Shown piece after piece: positions 16,242-25,041 of a DNA stretch of 33,422 bases. Position numbers and translations under genes: made by a program. The notes below the pieces were generated by a model that was not told the DNA's origin, searched no databases, and saw only the letters and a list, made by a program, of their open reading frames with translations. The stretch is from Candidatus Bipolaricaulota bacterium. GTDB lineage: Bacteria > Bipolaricaulota > Bipolaricaulia > UBA7950 > UBA9294. Positions within the stretch are counted from its first letter, which is position 1. Each line of letters starts with the position of its first letter. Where the stretch lies: the NCBI GenBank assembly GCA_040752575.1, contig JBFMGK010000007.1, positions 1 through 33,422 on the forward strand. Direction: 5' to 3'.

Positions 16242-16628
16242 TCACCACAGGGTTTCTACTTCGTACTGCGAGATCTGACGATCCCGCGTCAGAATAGGGA
16301 GCCTCTCCATCAGAGCTTGCGCCACGAGCATTCGGTCGAACGGGTCCCTGTGCAGGTGCGGCAGACTCTGAACGCTGAGCGCGTGGGCCATCTGAATAGG
16401 CAGCGTCTCGATTCCATTCAGGCGGAGTTGCTCGCCAAGAAACGGGCCAATCGGGGCTGGCAGATCGACTCTCCCGAGACCGACCTTGATGGCGATCTCC
16501 CACCCGCTCGCGGCGCTCAGCAAGAGCTCATTGCAGCCGTCGGCGATCAGCTTGCGCGCCCTCGCGGACAGACGCCGGTCCCCCGCGATCCACCAAAGGA
16601 AGGCGTGCGTGTCGAGCAGCACTCTCAT
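16242..16628 (-). CDS. vapC: PIN-domain toxin (VapC family)
   Basis: MRVLLDTHAFLWW, SAASGWEIAIK, HRDPFDRMLVAQA, TRD. ATGA overlap with the antitoxin. Confidence 0.93.
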   Translation of the reverse strand: MRVLLDTHAFLWWIAGDRRLSARARKLIADGCNELLLSAASGWEIAIKVGLGRVDLPAPIGPFLGEQLRLNGIETLPIQMAHALSVQSLPHLHRDPFDRMLVAQALMERLPILTRDRQISQYEVETLW

Positions 16629-16858
16629 TGTTCGAATGAACTCACGAGCTCGTCCGGAAGCGGATCGTCGAAGTCCGCTGCCACGCGGATGCACCCGGCC
16701 GCCGTCCCCGACTGGCGCGTCCCGATGTGGGTCTCGATCGGTACGAGCCGAGCGACGGGAGTGCCGGCACGCGCGATGATGAACTCTTCTCCCGCTTCGA
16801 CCCGCGCGAGGAGTCTCGAGAGTTGCGTCTTCGCTTCGTGCGTGTTGATCGTTGTCAT
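16625..16858 (-). CDS. Phd/YefM family antitoxin
   Basis: INTHEAKTQLSRLLARVEAGEEFIIARAGTPVARLVP...DFDDPLP. RBS GGAGG. Confidence 0.93.
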   Translation of the reverse strand: MTTINTHEAKTQLSRLLARVEAGEEFIIARAGTPVARLVPIETHIGTRQSGTAAGCIRVAADFDDPLPDELVSSFEQ

Positions 16859-16875
16859 GGTGAGCCTCCGGGCTA

Positions 16876-16904
16876 ACAGTAAACTAAGTCTAGAACTTAG
16901 TCAA
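16876..16904 (-). promoter_or_regulatory. Sigma70-type promoter with inverted-repeat operator for Phd-VapC
   Basis: TTGACT (16904-16899), 17-bp spacer, TACTGT (16881-16876). Inverted repeat ACTAAGT-N5-ACTTAGT at 16883-16901. Confidence 0.75.
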
Positions 16905-18162
16905 CATCGGTTGTACGTTCCCGCCGCGGACCCATCACTCTTCGTGCGATCACGCCTTCGAGCACGCCCGCAAGACGCGCGGCCAACAGATCCCAGTCGT
17001 GGTGCGCGGCAACGTACGCGCGGCCTCTCTCGCCCATCGCCTGCCGCTCTTCGGCCGACATCGCTGCGAGCTGCGCGATCGCGGCGGCGAGTGCGTCGGG
17101 GTCCTCCGGCGGTACGGAGAGGCCGCACTGGGCGGCCTGCACGGGATCCTCGGCGGCCTCGTGGGCGAAGACCACCGGCCGGGCGGCAGCCATGTACTCC
17201 CAGAGCTTGTTGGGGCTGATGCCGTACTTGCCGATGCCGATCCGGGCGTAGTTCAACAGCAGGACATCGGCGCCGGCAAGGATCTCGGGCACGCCGGACT
17301 TGGGTACGGCGTCGTGGAAGTGAACGCTCGCAAGGCCCTCGGTGCGCGCCCGCTCGACGAGCGCCGCCTTCTCGGGACCGGACCCCGTCAAATGGAACTC
17401 GACCTCGATGCCGTCGGCAAGGTTCGCCGCTGCCGAGAGGATGTTGCCAAGTCCGTTTGCCGGTCCATGAGCGCCAACGTAAACGACGCGCAGCGGACCG
17501 ACGAGCGGGCGCTGCGGCCGTGCGGCAAACGCGGCCAGATCCACCCCGTTGGGGACGACGGCCAGGTTGTCGGTCGCGATCCCCAGGGGCCGAAGGTAGT
17601 CGCCGATCGACGGGAGGAGACTCACGATCTGGGCGGCGCGCCGATAGAGGCGGCGTTCGATGACGGCCAAGGCGCAGACGATGGGGTGGCGTCGGGGGAG
17701 GACACCCATCTGCACGATGGTTTCGGGCCAAAGGTCGCGCACTTCGAACACGAACGGGACGCGGAACCGCGCCGCGAGCCCCGCGGCCGCCCACGCGGCG
17801 AACAGGTGGGGTGACGAGCCGACGACGACATCCGGCTGGGGAATGGCTCGGCCGAGTCGAGAACATCCGAGAAGCCGTGCGCGCAACGCGAACTCGAGCA
17901 TGTTGGTCGCGCGCGAGGCGTCATTGACGCGGTACGACGTGCGGGAAGGAACCCAAAGGATCGAGAGTCCATCCGTCTGTTCGACGCGTCCGCGGCGTGG
18001 GCTGGAAGCTGACTGCGTCCGGGTTGCGTGATGAAAGGACGATGCGATCAGTGTCACGGTCCATCCGCGGTCGGCCAGGCGTCTCGCAAGTTCGTAGTGC
18101 CTCGTGCCGCCGGGCAGATCAGGGCCCTGAGCGTAGTGGTTGACGATCCAGACGCTAGGCAC
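16897..18162 (-). CDS. Glycosyltransferase family 4 (WbuB-like)
   Basis: IVNHYA, SSPHLF, FEVRDLWPE, VPNGVD, SPNKLWEYMAAARPVV. Confidence 0.92.
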   Translation of the reverse strand: MPSVWIVNHYAQGPDLPGGTRHYELARRLADRGWTVTLIASSFHHATRTQSASSPRRGRVEQTDGLSILWVPSRTSYRVNDASRATNMLEFALRARLLGCSRLGRAIPQPDVVVGSSPHLFAAWAAAGLAARFRVPFVFEVRDLWPETIVQMGVLPRRHPIVCALAVIERRLYRRAAQIVSLLPSIGDYLRPLGIATDNLAVVPNGVDLAAFAARPQRPLVGPLRVVYVGAHGPANGLGNILSAAANLADGIEVEFHLTGSGPEKAALVERARTEGLASVHFHDAVPKSGVPEILAGADVLLLNYARIGIGKYGISPNKLWEYMAAARPVVFAHEAAEDPVQAAQCGLSVPPEDPDALAAAIAQLAAMSAEERQAMGERGRAYVAAHHDWDLLAARLAGVLEGVIARRVMGPRRERTTDVD

Positions 18163-19285
18163 CCTGCCCCCGCCACCAGTCCCAGCACGCGGCGGCGACG
18201 CGTTTGGCGGCCTTCCCGTCGCCGTACAACGGGGCCTTCGACGGGGGAACCGCAGCAGCCAGCGCGGCGCGGGCCGCCGTGGCGATGCGCTCTCGGCTGG
18301 CGCCGGCTAGTTGGTTCCATCCTGCCTCGACGAGTTCTACCCACTCGGTCTCGTCGCGCAGGGTTACGCACGGAACGCCAAGCAAGTAGGCCTCTTTCTG
18401 CAGGCCGCCGGAGTCCGTGAGGACAAGCCGAGCTTGCGACACCAGTTGCAGCATGTCGAGATACGACAAGGGTTCTACCGCGTGGACGCCGACGGGGAGT
18501 ACGACGAGACCGGCTGCTCGTAGGGCGTTGCGCGTGCGCGGATGCAAAGGCAAGACGACCGACGTGTCGCGGGCCACGTCGCCCAGCCCGGCAACGATCT
18601 CGCGGAGACAGGCAGCGTCGTCGGTGTTCTCGGCGCGATGCACGGTGGCGACCGCGTAGCTGCCGCGCACCCCCAGCCGCACCGCGACGTGCGGGCGCTG
18701 TGCCGCGTGCCGGGCGTTCTGCTCGACGGCATCCTGCATCACATCGCCCACCTGGAGAACAGCAGGTGCGTCGGGCGTGGCTTCTTCGGCGGACTTCACC
18801 TTCGCGATTCCCTCGCGAAGGAGATTCTCCACCGCCACGTCCGTCGGGCAGAACAGCAGTGTCGAAACGTGGTCAGCGAGGACGCGGTTGATCTCCTCGG
18901 GCATGCTCTTGCGGAAGCTGCGCAGCCCGGCCTCGACGTGCGCGACGGGCATGTGCAGCTTCGCGGCGGCGAGGGCGGCAGCGAGAGTGGAGTTCGTGTC
19001 GCCGAAGACCAGGACCAGATCAGGGCGGCTGCTCAGGAAGACCTCTTCTAGGCGCGCGAGCATGTGGCCCGTTTGACTCCCGTGCGAGCCCGAGCCCACG
19101 CCGAGATTCACGTCGGGAGCGGGCAGTTCAAGGTCGGCGAAGAAGACGTCGGACATCGTGGCGTCGTAATGCTGGCCCGTGTGGACAATCTGATGCTCGA
19201 TCCCCGCCACGCCGGCGAACGCACGGCAGATCGGGCCTAGTTTCACGAACTGCGGCCGCGCGCCGACGACACTAGTGATCTTCAC
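18155..19285 (-). CDS. wecB: UDP-N-acetylglucosamine 2-epimerase, non-hydrolysing (WecB/WbpI family)
   Basis: VVGARPQFVK, HTGQHYD, GDTNST, HVEAGLRS, PEEINR, TDSGGLQKEA. GTG 19285 with GAGGT. Confidence 0.93.
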   Translation of the reverse strand: MKITSVVGARPQFVKLGPICRAFAGVAGIEHQIVHTGQHYDATMSDVFFADLELPAPDVNLGVGSGSHGSQTGHMLARLEEVFLSSRPDLVLVFGDTNSTLAAALAAAKLHMPVAHVEAGLRSFRKSMPEEINRVLADHVSTLLFCPTDVAVENLLREGIAKVKSAEEATPDAPAVLQVGDVMQDAVEQNARHAAQRPHVAVRLGVRGSYAVATVHRAENTDDAACLREIVAGLGDVARDTSVVLPLHPRTRNALRAAGLVVLPVGVHAVEPLSYLDMLQLVSQARLVLTDSGGLQKEAYLLGVPCVTLRDETEWVELVEAGWNQLAGASRERIATAARAALAAAVPPSKAPLYGDGKAAKRVAAACWDWWRGQGA

Positions 19286-20399
19286 CCAGCACCTCTCGAT
19301 AGAGTGCGAATAGCTTCTCTGCCTCGGTCGCCCAATTGTACTTCTCAACGGCTGCCTTCCGCGCGTTCTCTCCCATCGTCTGGCGGAGCACCGGATCCTC
19401 CACGAGCCGCTCGATCGCTGCGGCGATCGCCTGCGGGTCCTGCGGATCGACGAGGAGTCCTGCCCCGGCACCCTCGACGATCTCGCGCCACAGAGGAAAA
19501 TCGGACGCGATGACGGGAAGCCCGGCGGCCATGTACTCGAAGAGCTTCGTCGGCAGAGCCTCCGTGTGATTGCGGGCCGGTTGGTAGAGAAGGAGTCCGA
19601 TGTCGCCATGCTCAACGACCCAGCGCCACGCGTCGTGCCAGGGTCGGTGGCCGTGAAGAGCCAGCCGTCCCGCTCCCGGAAGAGCGGCCAGCTCGCTCGC
19701 GAGTTGCGTTGGCTGAATGGTGCCTATCACCTCCAGCGAGACGCCCTGCGACCTGAGTGAGCCCAGGGCTTCGACCATCTGCCTAGCGCCGCGCAGGCGA
19801 GTCAGGCCACCCACATAAGCGAGGCGGGCGTGCGCTTGCGGCTGCCGCGGGAGCGGTGCCGGGAAAGCCTCGAGGTCGGGGTAGTTGTGCACCACCGTGG
19901 CTCTGGGAAAGCGTCTGGCAATGGCTTCGGTGGCCGCGATCACGGCGTCACAGCGAGCGGCGAGTCGCCTCTCCAGGACGTCGAAGATTCGAGCAGCGGG
20001 CCTTCGCAGCGGCCGGGGCATCCATTCCTTGTCAAGAATCTGGGCAGCCGTGTCCTCGTGCGCGTCGTAAACGAGGGCGCACCTTTGCGGGGCGAGGAGC
20101 CATCCCGTCAAGAGGAGTTCAGGGTCGTGGATGTGGCACAGGGAGGGGGCAAGTTGCCTGGCAAGATGGTAGGCACTGCGCGTGCCCAAGAACATCCGCC
20201 CGAGGCGGCCGCGCGGAAGCCCGATCGGCAGAACGCTGACGCCGTCCTCGATGGATTGATGGGCTCTCGGTGCCAGCAGGCTCACGGCGTAGCCGTGGCG
20301 AGCCAGACTCCGCGCTTCGCGCCCAAAGATCCGTGTGTCCGCCGGCGAATGCACGGTCGTCACGTGCGCAATCAGGGTTAGCGGCTCTGCGTTCGCCAA
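19272..20399 (-). CDS. Glycosyltransferase family 4
   Basis: HSPADTRIF, HIHDPEL, VYDAHED, LPTKLFEYMAAGLPVIASD. TTG start with AAGGGAG. Confidence 0.92.
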   Translation of the reverse strand: MANAEPLTLIAHVTTVHSPADTRIFGREARSLARHGYAVSLLAPRAHQSIEDGVSVLPIGLPRGRLGRMFLGTRSAYHLARQLAPSLCHIHDPELLLTGWLLAPQRCALVYDAHEDTAAQILDKEWMPRPLRRPAARIFDVLERRLAARCDAVIAATEAIARRFPRATVVHNYPDLEAFPAPLPRQPQAHARLAYVGGLTRLRGARQMVEALGSLRSQGVSLEVIGTIQPTQLASELAALPGAGRLALHGHRPWHDAWRWVVEHGDIGLLLYQPARNHTEALPTKLFEYMAAGLPVIASDFPLWREIVEGAGAGLLVDPQDPQAIAAAIERLVEDPVLRQTMGENARKAAVEKYNWATEAEKLFALYREVLGEDH

Positions 20400-20560
20400 G
20401 CGGACGGCTCCCTTCTGTTACGATGCTGGATGCTCTGCACCTGGATCCGAGCTTGTCGGCATGATAGCCTGATCGCTCAGTGCCGCAAGACCCCGCGAGT
20501 CCAGACACATGCTGCCGTGGGACTTGTACGTGGTCGATCGTGGGGTCTGCGAGGTGGGGA

Positions 20561-21190
20561 ATGCCAAACGAAACGATTGCCATCGTGGACTCGGGCATAG
20601 GGAACCTGAAGTCGATTGCGAACATGTTGTCGCGCATTGGCGTCGCGTCTCGACTCGTGTCCCGTCCGGAGGAGGTTGCGCTCGCGACGAAGATCCTCCT
20701 GCCCGGCGTCGGCGCGTTTGACGCCGGGATGGCAGCGCTTCACGAGCGAGGTCTTGTGGACGTGCTGAACGAGAGGGCGTGCGTCGCGAAGGTGCCCATC
20801 CTCGGTATCTGCCTCGGGATGCAACTTCTCGCCGAAGCAAGCGAGGAAGGTGAGCGCCAAGGGCTCGGGTGGATCCCCGGTTGTTCGCAGAGGTTCTCGT
20901 TCCCCGAAACGGTTCCGCCGCTGCGCGTGCCGCACATGGGCTGGAACACCGTGATCCCTAGCAGGGAGTGCGTTCTCCTCACCCACGTTCCCATGCCGCG
21001 GCGGTTCTACTTCGTGCACTCGTACCACGTCGTGTGCCGTGACCCGGCGGACGTTCTCGCCACGACTTCGTATGGCATTCCCTTCGTTTCCGCCGTCGCG
21101 CGTGGCAACATCATGGGTGTGCAGTTCCACCCTGAGAAAAGCCACAAGTACGGCATGGCCCTTTTGCGAGCCTTTGCGGAGTTGGCGTGA
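20561..21190 (+). CDS. hisH: Glutamine amidotransferase subunit, HisH paralog of glycan loci (WbuY-like)
   Basis: GNLKSI, LPGVGAF, ICLGMQ, PHMGWN, FYFVHSY, QFHPEKS (Cys-His-Glu triad). ATG 20561 with GAGGT. Confidence 0.9.
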   Translation: MPNETIAIVDSGIGNLKSIANMLSRIGVASRLVSRPEEVALATKILLPGVGAFDAGMAALHERGLVDVLNERACVAKVPILGICLGMQLLAEASEEGERQGLGWIPGCSQRFSFPETVPPLRVPHMGWNTVIPSRECVLLTHVPMPRRFYFVHSYHVVCRDPADVLATTSYGIPFVSAVARGNIMGVQFHPEKSHKYGMALLRAFAELA

Positions 21191-21972
21191 TGTGGACTCC
21201 GCGCGTTATTCCCTGTCTCCTGATGCACAAGGGCGGGTTGTACAAGACCGTGAAGTTCCGCGATGCACGCTACGTCGGCGATCCCATCAACGCCGTCCGG
21301 ATCCTGAACGAGAAGGAGGTCGACGAGTTACTTCTGGTCGACATCGATGCGACCGCACACGGCCGTGAGCCGCACTTCGCGCAGATCGAGGACATCGTCG
21401 GCGAGGCGTTCATGCCCGTCGCTTACAGCGGGGGCGTGACGTCTGTCGAGCAGATGAAGCGTCTGTTTGCCCTGGGTGTGGAGAAGGTCTTCACGAGTTC
21501 GGCTGCGCTTGCCTCACCGGATCTGGTTGCCGACGCTGCGGCGCGCTTCGGAAGCCAGAGCATTGGCGTTGTCCTAGACGTCAAACGCGGGTGGGGAAGC
21601 TCCAGGTTCGGCCTCGTGACGCACAACGGCCGCCGCAAAGCCGAGCTGACGGCAGCGGAAGCTGCACGGCTCATGGAAGGCCGTGGAGCCGGGGAGCTGC
21701 TGGTCAACAGCGTTGACCGTGACGGCACCATGACCGGCTACGATCTCGAGGCGATCCGTACGGTCACGTTGGCAGTCGGGATTCCGGTCATTGCGCTGGG
21801 CGGTGCAGGCTCCCTCGCCGACCTCGCCCGCGCTGTGCGCGAGGGAGGAGCTTCGGCGGCCGCTGCAGGCAGTCTGTTCGTCTTCACCGGCGTGCACCGC
21901 GCGGTCTTGATCACGTATCCTGCCCAGGCCGAGATCGAACGTCTCTTCGGCGGAGGTTGCGATGGCGCGTGA
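21187..21972 (+). CDS. hisF: HisF paralog (AglZ/HisF2/WbuZ acetamidino-modification protein)
   Basis: RVIPCLL, KTVKF..RYVGDPINAVRI.NEKEVDEL, GAGELLVNSVDRDGTMTGYD, AAGSLFVF.G.HRAVLITYP. Confidence 0.88.
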   Translation: MMWTPRVIPCLLMHKGGLYKTVKFRDARYVGDPINAVRILNEKEVDELLLVDIDATAHGREPHFAQIEDIVGEAFMPVAYSGGVTSVEQMKRLFALGVEKVFTSSAALASPDLVADAAARFGSQSIGVVLDVKRGWGSSRFGLVTHNGRRKAELTAAEAARLMEGRGAGELLVNSVDRDGTMTGYDLEAIRTVTLAVGIPVIALGGAGSLADLARAVREGGASAAAAGSLFVFTGVHRAVLITYPAQAEIERLFGGGCDGA

Positions 21973-23104
21973 GTACCAGGTTTGCGTTCGCTGCGTGATG
22001 GACACGAGCGATCCAGAGATCGTGTTTGATGCGAACGGCGTGTGCAATCACTGCCACTACTTCGATGACGTCGTCAAGCAAAGGTGGTTCCCAAATGACG
22101 AAGGACTCCGACGGCTGGCCGCGATCGCGGCGCGCATCAAGGCGGAGGGCGATAGGAAGCCATACGACTGCATCCTGGGACTCAGTGGGGGTGCAGACTC
22201 CAGCTACCTGGCCCTCAAGGTGCACGAGCTTGGGCTACGCCCGCTTGTGCTCCACGTGGATGCCGGCTGGGACTACGAGCTGGCGGTACGAAACATCGAG
22301 ATCCTCCTGAAGCACTGCGGCTGGGACCTTGAAACCGTCGTCATCGATTGGGAAGAGGTGCGCGACCTTCAACTCGCCTACCTTAAGGCCGGCGTGTCGA
22401 ACCAGGACGTTCCCCAGGATCACGCTTTCTTCGCCGCCCTCTACGGATACGCCATCAAGAACGGGATCCGTCACGTTCTTGTCGGCGGCAACTACGCGAC
22501 CGAATCCATCTTCCCTCGCTCCTGGCATCACCCTGCGATGGACAGCAGGAATCTGAAGGCCATTCACCGGCGCTTCGGCCGCATCCCTCTGCGCACCTAC
22601 CCGACGGTCTCGTTCTTCAAGTACTACTTCTGGCATCCGTTCGTTCGACACCTTCAGGTGATCCGTCCACTCAACTACATGCCCTACAGCCGATCCGGCG
22701 CGGTACGAGAACTCGAAGCGCTTGGGTGGCGTGACTACGGCCGCAAGCACGGCGAGTCCGTCTTCACACGCTTCTTTCAGAACCACTATCTTGTGGAGAG
22801 GTTCGGCTATGACAAGCGAAGACCGCACTTTGCGAGTCTCATCCTCTCCGGCCAGATGACGCGGGAGCAGGCGCTCAAGGCTCTAGCAGAGACTCTCTAC
22901 ACGTCTGAGGATCTGGCGCGTGATCGCATCTATGTTCTGAAGAAGCTGGGCATCTCGGAGGCCGAGTGGAAGGGGTACTTTGAGGCGCCGTGCCGCCGCG
23001 CCGACGAGTTCCCATCCAGCGAGACCCTCTATCGCGTCATGAAGTGGGCCCAGAGCGTCGTGGAGAAGAGGATCCTGCATCGCTCTGTAGCACGCTTCTC
23101 TTGA
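21962..23104 (+). CDS. N-acetyl sugar amidotransferase (WbpG/WbuX family)
   Basis: CVRCVMDTSDP..CNHC, PP-loop YDCILGLSGGADSS, DVPQDHA, YGRKHGES, GYDKRR. Confidence 0.9.
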   Translation: MAREYQVCVRCVMDTSDPEIVFDANGVCNHCHYFDDVVKQRWFPNDEGLRRLAAIAARIKAEGDRKPYDCILGLSGGADSSYLALKVHELGLRPLVLHVDAGWDYELAVRNIEILLKHCGWDLETVVIDWEEVRDLQLAYLKAGVSNQDVPQDHAFFAALYGYAIKNGIRHVLVGGNYATESIFPRSWHHPAMDSRNLKAIHRRFGRIPLRTYPTVSFFKYYFWHPFVRHLQVIRPLNYMPYSRSGAVRELEALGWRDYGRKHGESVFTRFFQNHYLVERFGYDKRRPHFASLILSGQMTREQALKALAETLYTSEDLARDRIYVLKKLGISEAEWKGYFEAPCRRADEFPSSETLYRVMKWAQSVVEKRILHRSVARFS

Positions 23105-23153
23105 GGCATGTCATGCACGAAGAGCCGATCCGGCGTGCCCTCATTCCGCGCGC

Positions 23154-23687
23154 CTACAGCGACGTGCCTTGCGTGCCGCTCGATGGCGCTTGCTCTGCGG
23201 CGTGCAACGCGGCGGGGGATGAGGCTGGCGCAGCGCGTGGCCTTGGAAGCAGCCTCAGAATCGCCGCGCCAATCAAGAGCCCATGCGTCGCCAGTGTCGT
23301 CAGCAGCGCAGCGTCGACAAGGTTGCGGATCGGAAGTGCTATGGCACCGATGGCCAAACTCACGGGGAGCCGTCTGGCCACGGAGTCGAGCCCTATGAGT
23401 ACGACTCCCAGAAGGCCAGACATCAGGATGACCCCAGGGAGGCCTAGATTCATGTAGCCGTCGGCCAAGTAGCCGACATTCATCGAGAACGGTGTGCCGG
23501 CCCAGAGCTCCCCCATCATATAGACGGGGTTCCGACCGTAGGGATTCACTGTGATTCCACGCAAGACAGAGTGCGACCAGGCGAGTTTCCGATGCTGGGT
23601 GAAGAAGTAGTAGATCGTGCTGTTCATCGCAGGTGCGAAGAGCATCCGGCCAATCGCGGTGTTCGGAACGTTGTCCGGGTGCCTCAA
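23154..23687 (-). pseudogene. C-terminal remnant of a polysaccharide-polymerase-like (Wzy-like) membrane protein
   Basis: RMLFAPA..YYFF..SHS..N.GYLADGYMNLGLPGV..LLTTLATHG resembles the C-terminal half of multi-TM glycan-locus proteins. In-frame TAA at 23721-23723, and only about 160 bp separate it from the upstream gene. Confidence 0.55.
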
Positions 23688-23849
23688 CGCTGCCGAGGAG
23701 GACGATGCGATGGTGATACCTTATTCGACGTTCCGGCGGTCTCTCGCGCCTATGTGGCTACAGCCTGAGGTATCCGCTCTGCCTGCTGGTCGGGTACACG
23801 TCTGGCTGCCTCTGCATTGGGGTATTCTGATGGCAAGGTACGCACGCGC

Positions 23850-25037
23850 TCACGTACAGCGCCTTGCGCGGATCTCTTCGTAGACCGTTTCTAGTTCGTG
23901 AGCGACCGCGATCCGGCCGTACCGCGCGAGGCAACGGGCGCGGATGGCGTCAGGCTCGAACTCGCCGAAACGCCGCCTTGCCTCGCTGAGAGCTGTCGCG
24001 AGATCGGGGCTCGACGGGGATCGGGCGAGCACTCCGTCTGTTGGGTTGACAATGTCGGTGGGGCCGCCGCATGGTGTGGCTACGACGGGGCGGCCGCAAG
24101 CTAGTGCTTCAATGAGGACAACGCCGAACGTCTCCGCGTGACTCGGCAGCACGAACATGTCGCATTGGAGCATCTCGCTTCTCACCTGGGTTGGACTGAG
24201 TGCGCCCAGAAGCCGAACGCGGTCCGTGATGCCCAGGGAGGTCGCATGATGCTCTAGCGCTTCGCGTAGCGGGCCGTCCCCACCGATTCGGAGACTGGCA
24301 AAGTCCTGCGGGTCTAGGCTTGCGAAAGCCTCGAGCAAAGACAGATGGTTCTTGATGGGAACGAGTGCGCCAATCGTGAGCAGCGCAAGGGGCTTGCCGC
24401 TTGGTTGACGAAGCTGCGGGGGCCGCTCATCCTCAAAGATGCGGTCGAGGCAGTTCGGCACGACGCGCCACAGCCCAGGGGCAAGCATCAGCGCCCTATC
24501 GACGCCCCGCCCGAGTGCCGCGCTGACGACGATGCAGGAGTCCGCTTGGTGCCATGCGGCCCGAGCAATGCGGCGCTGCCATGGCTGCAACTCACCGATC
24601 AAGAAGGCGCTGCTGTGTTCAGTGAGCACGCTTGGAACGTGGTACCTCGTCTGGAGGTACGCAGCCAGGCTACCCGCATAGAGCGCGCCGTGTGCGTGCA
24701 GGATGTCCGGCTCGCCGAACCGCGCGACGTAGTCCTCATAAAGCCTTCGGCCTGTCCGCACGTACGCGTTCACAGCCAAGTACGGCACGCGATCCGGTAC
24801 CAGACTCCAGTTCAGGTTGCGGGCGACCCTTATGCCCTCCTCGCAGGAATGGGCAATGCCGCGCGATAGCCTTTGGAAGCCGGACGGCAACGTACGCAGG
24901 CTGCGTCCTTTCGGGGCAATGACGCTAACAACCTGCCCAGCGCGATGAAGGGCATCAACTTGCGTCTTCTGGAAGATCCCAGCAAGAGGTCTTTCAGGAA
25001 GAACATACTGCTCGGATGGGATCACGAGAATGTGCAC
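23850..25037 (-). CDS. Glycosyltransferase family 4
   Basis: PDILHAH, VLTEHSS, FVLPSHAETFGVVLIEALACGRPVVAT (ExxxxxxxE). GTG 25037. Confidence 0.92.
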   Translation of the reverse strand: MHILVIPSEQYVLPERPLAGIFQKTQVDALHRAGQVVSVIAPKGRSLRTLPSGFQRLSRGIAHSCEEGIRVARNLNWSLVPDRVPYLAVNAYVRTGRRLYEDYVARFGEPDILHAHGALYAGSLAAYLQTRYHVPSVLTEHSSAFLIGELQPWQRRIARAAWHQADSCIVVSAALGRGVDRALMLAPGLWRVVPNCLDRIFEDERPPQLRQPSGKPLALLTIGALVPIKNHLSLLEAFASLDPQDFASLRIGGDGPLREALEHHATSLGITDRVRLLGALSPTQVRSEMLQCDMFVLPSHAETFGVVLIEALACGRPVVATPCGGPTDIVNPTDGVLARSPSSPDLATALSEARRRFGEFEPDAIRARCLARYGRIAVAHELETVYEEIRARRCT

Positions 25038-25041
25038 AGGG

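Noticed and set aside
20561..21972. Histidine biosynthesis operon
   Set aside because: No other his genes are present. The HisF has the YVGDPINAVRI.NEKEVDEL paralog signature and is coupled to a sugar amidotransferase.
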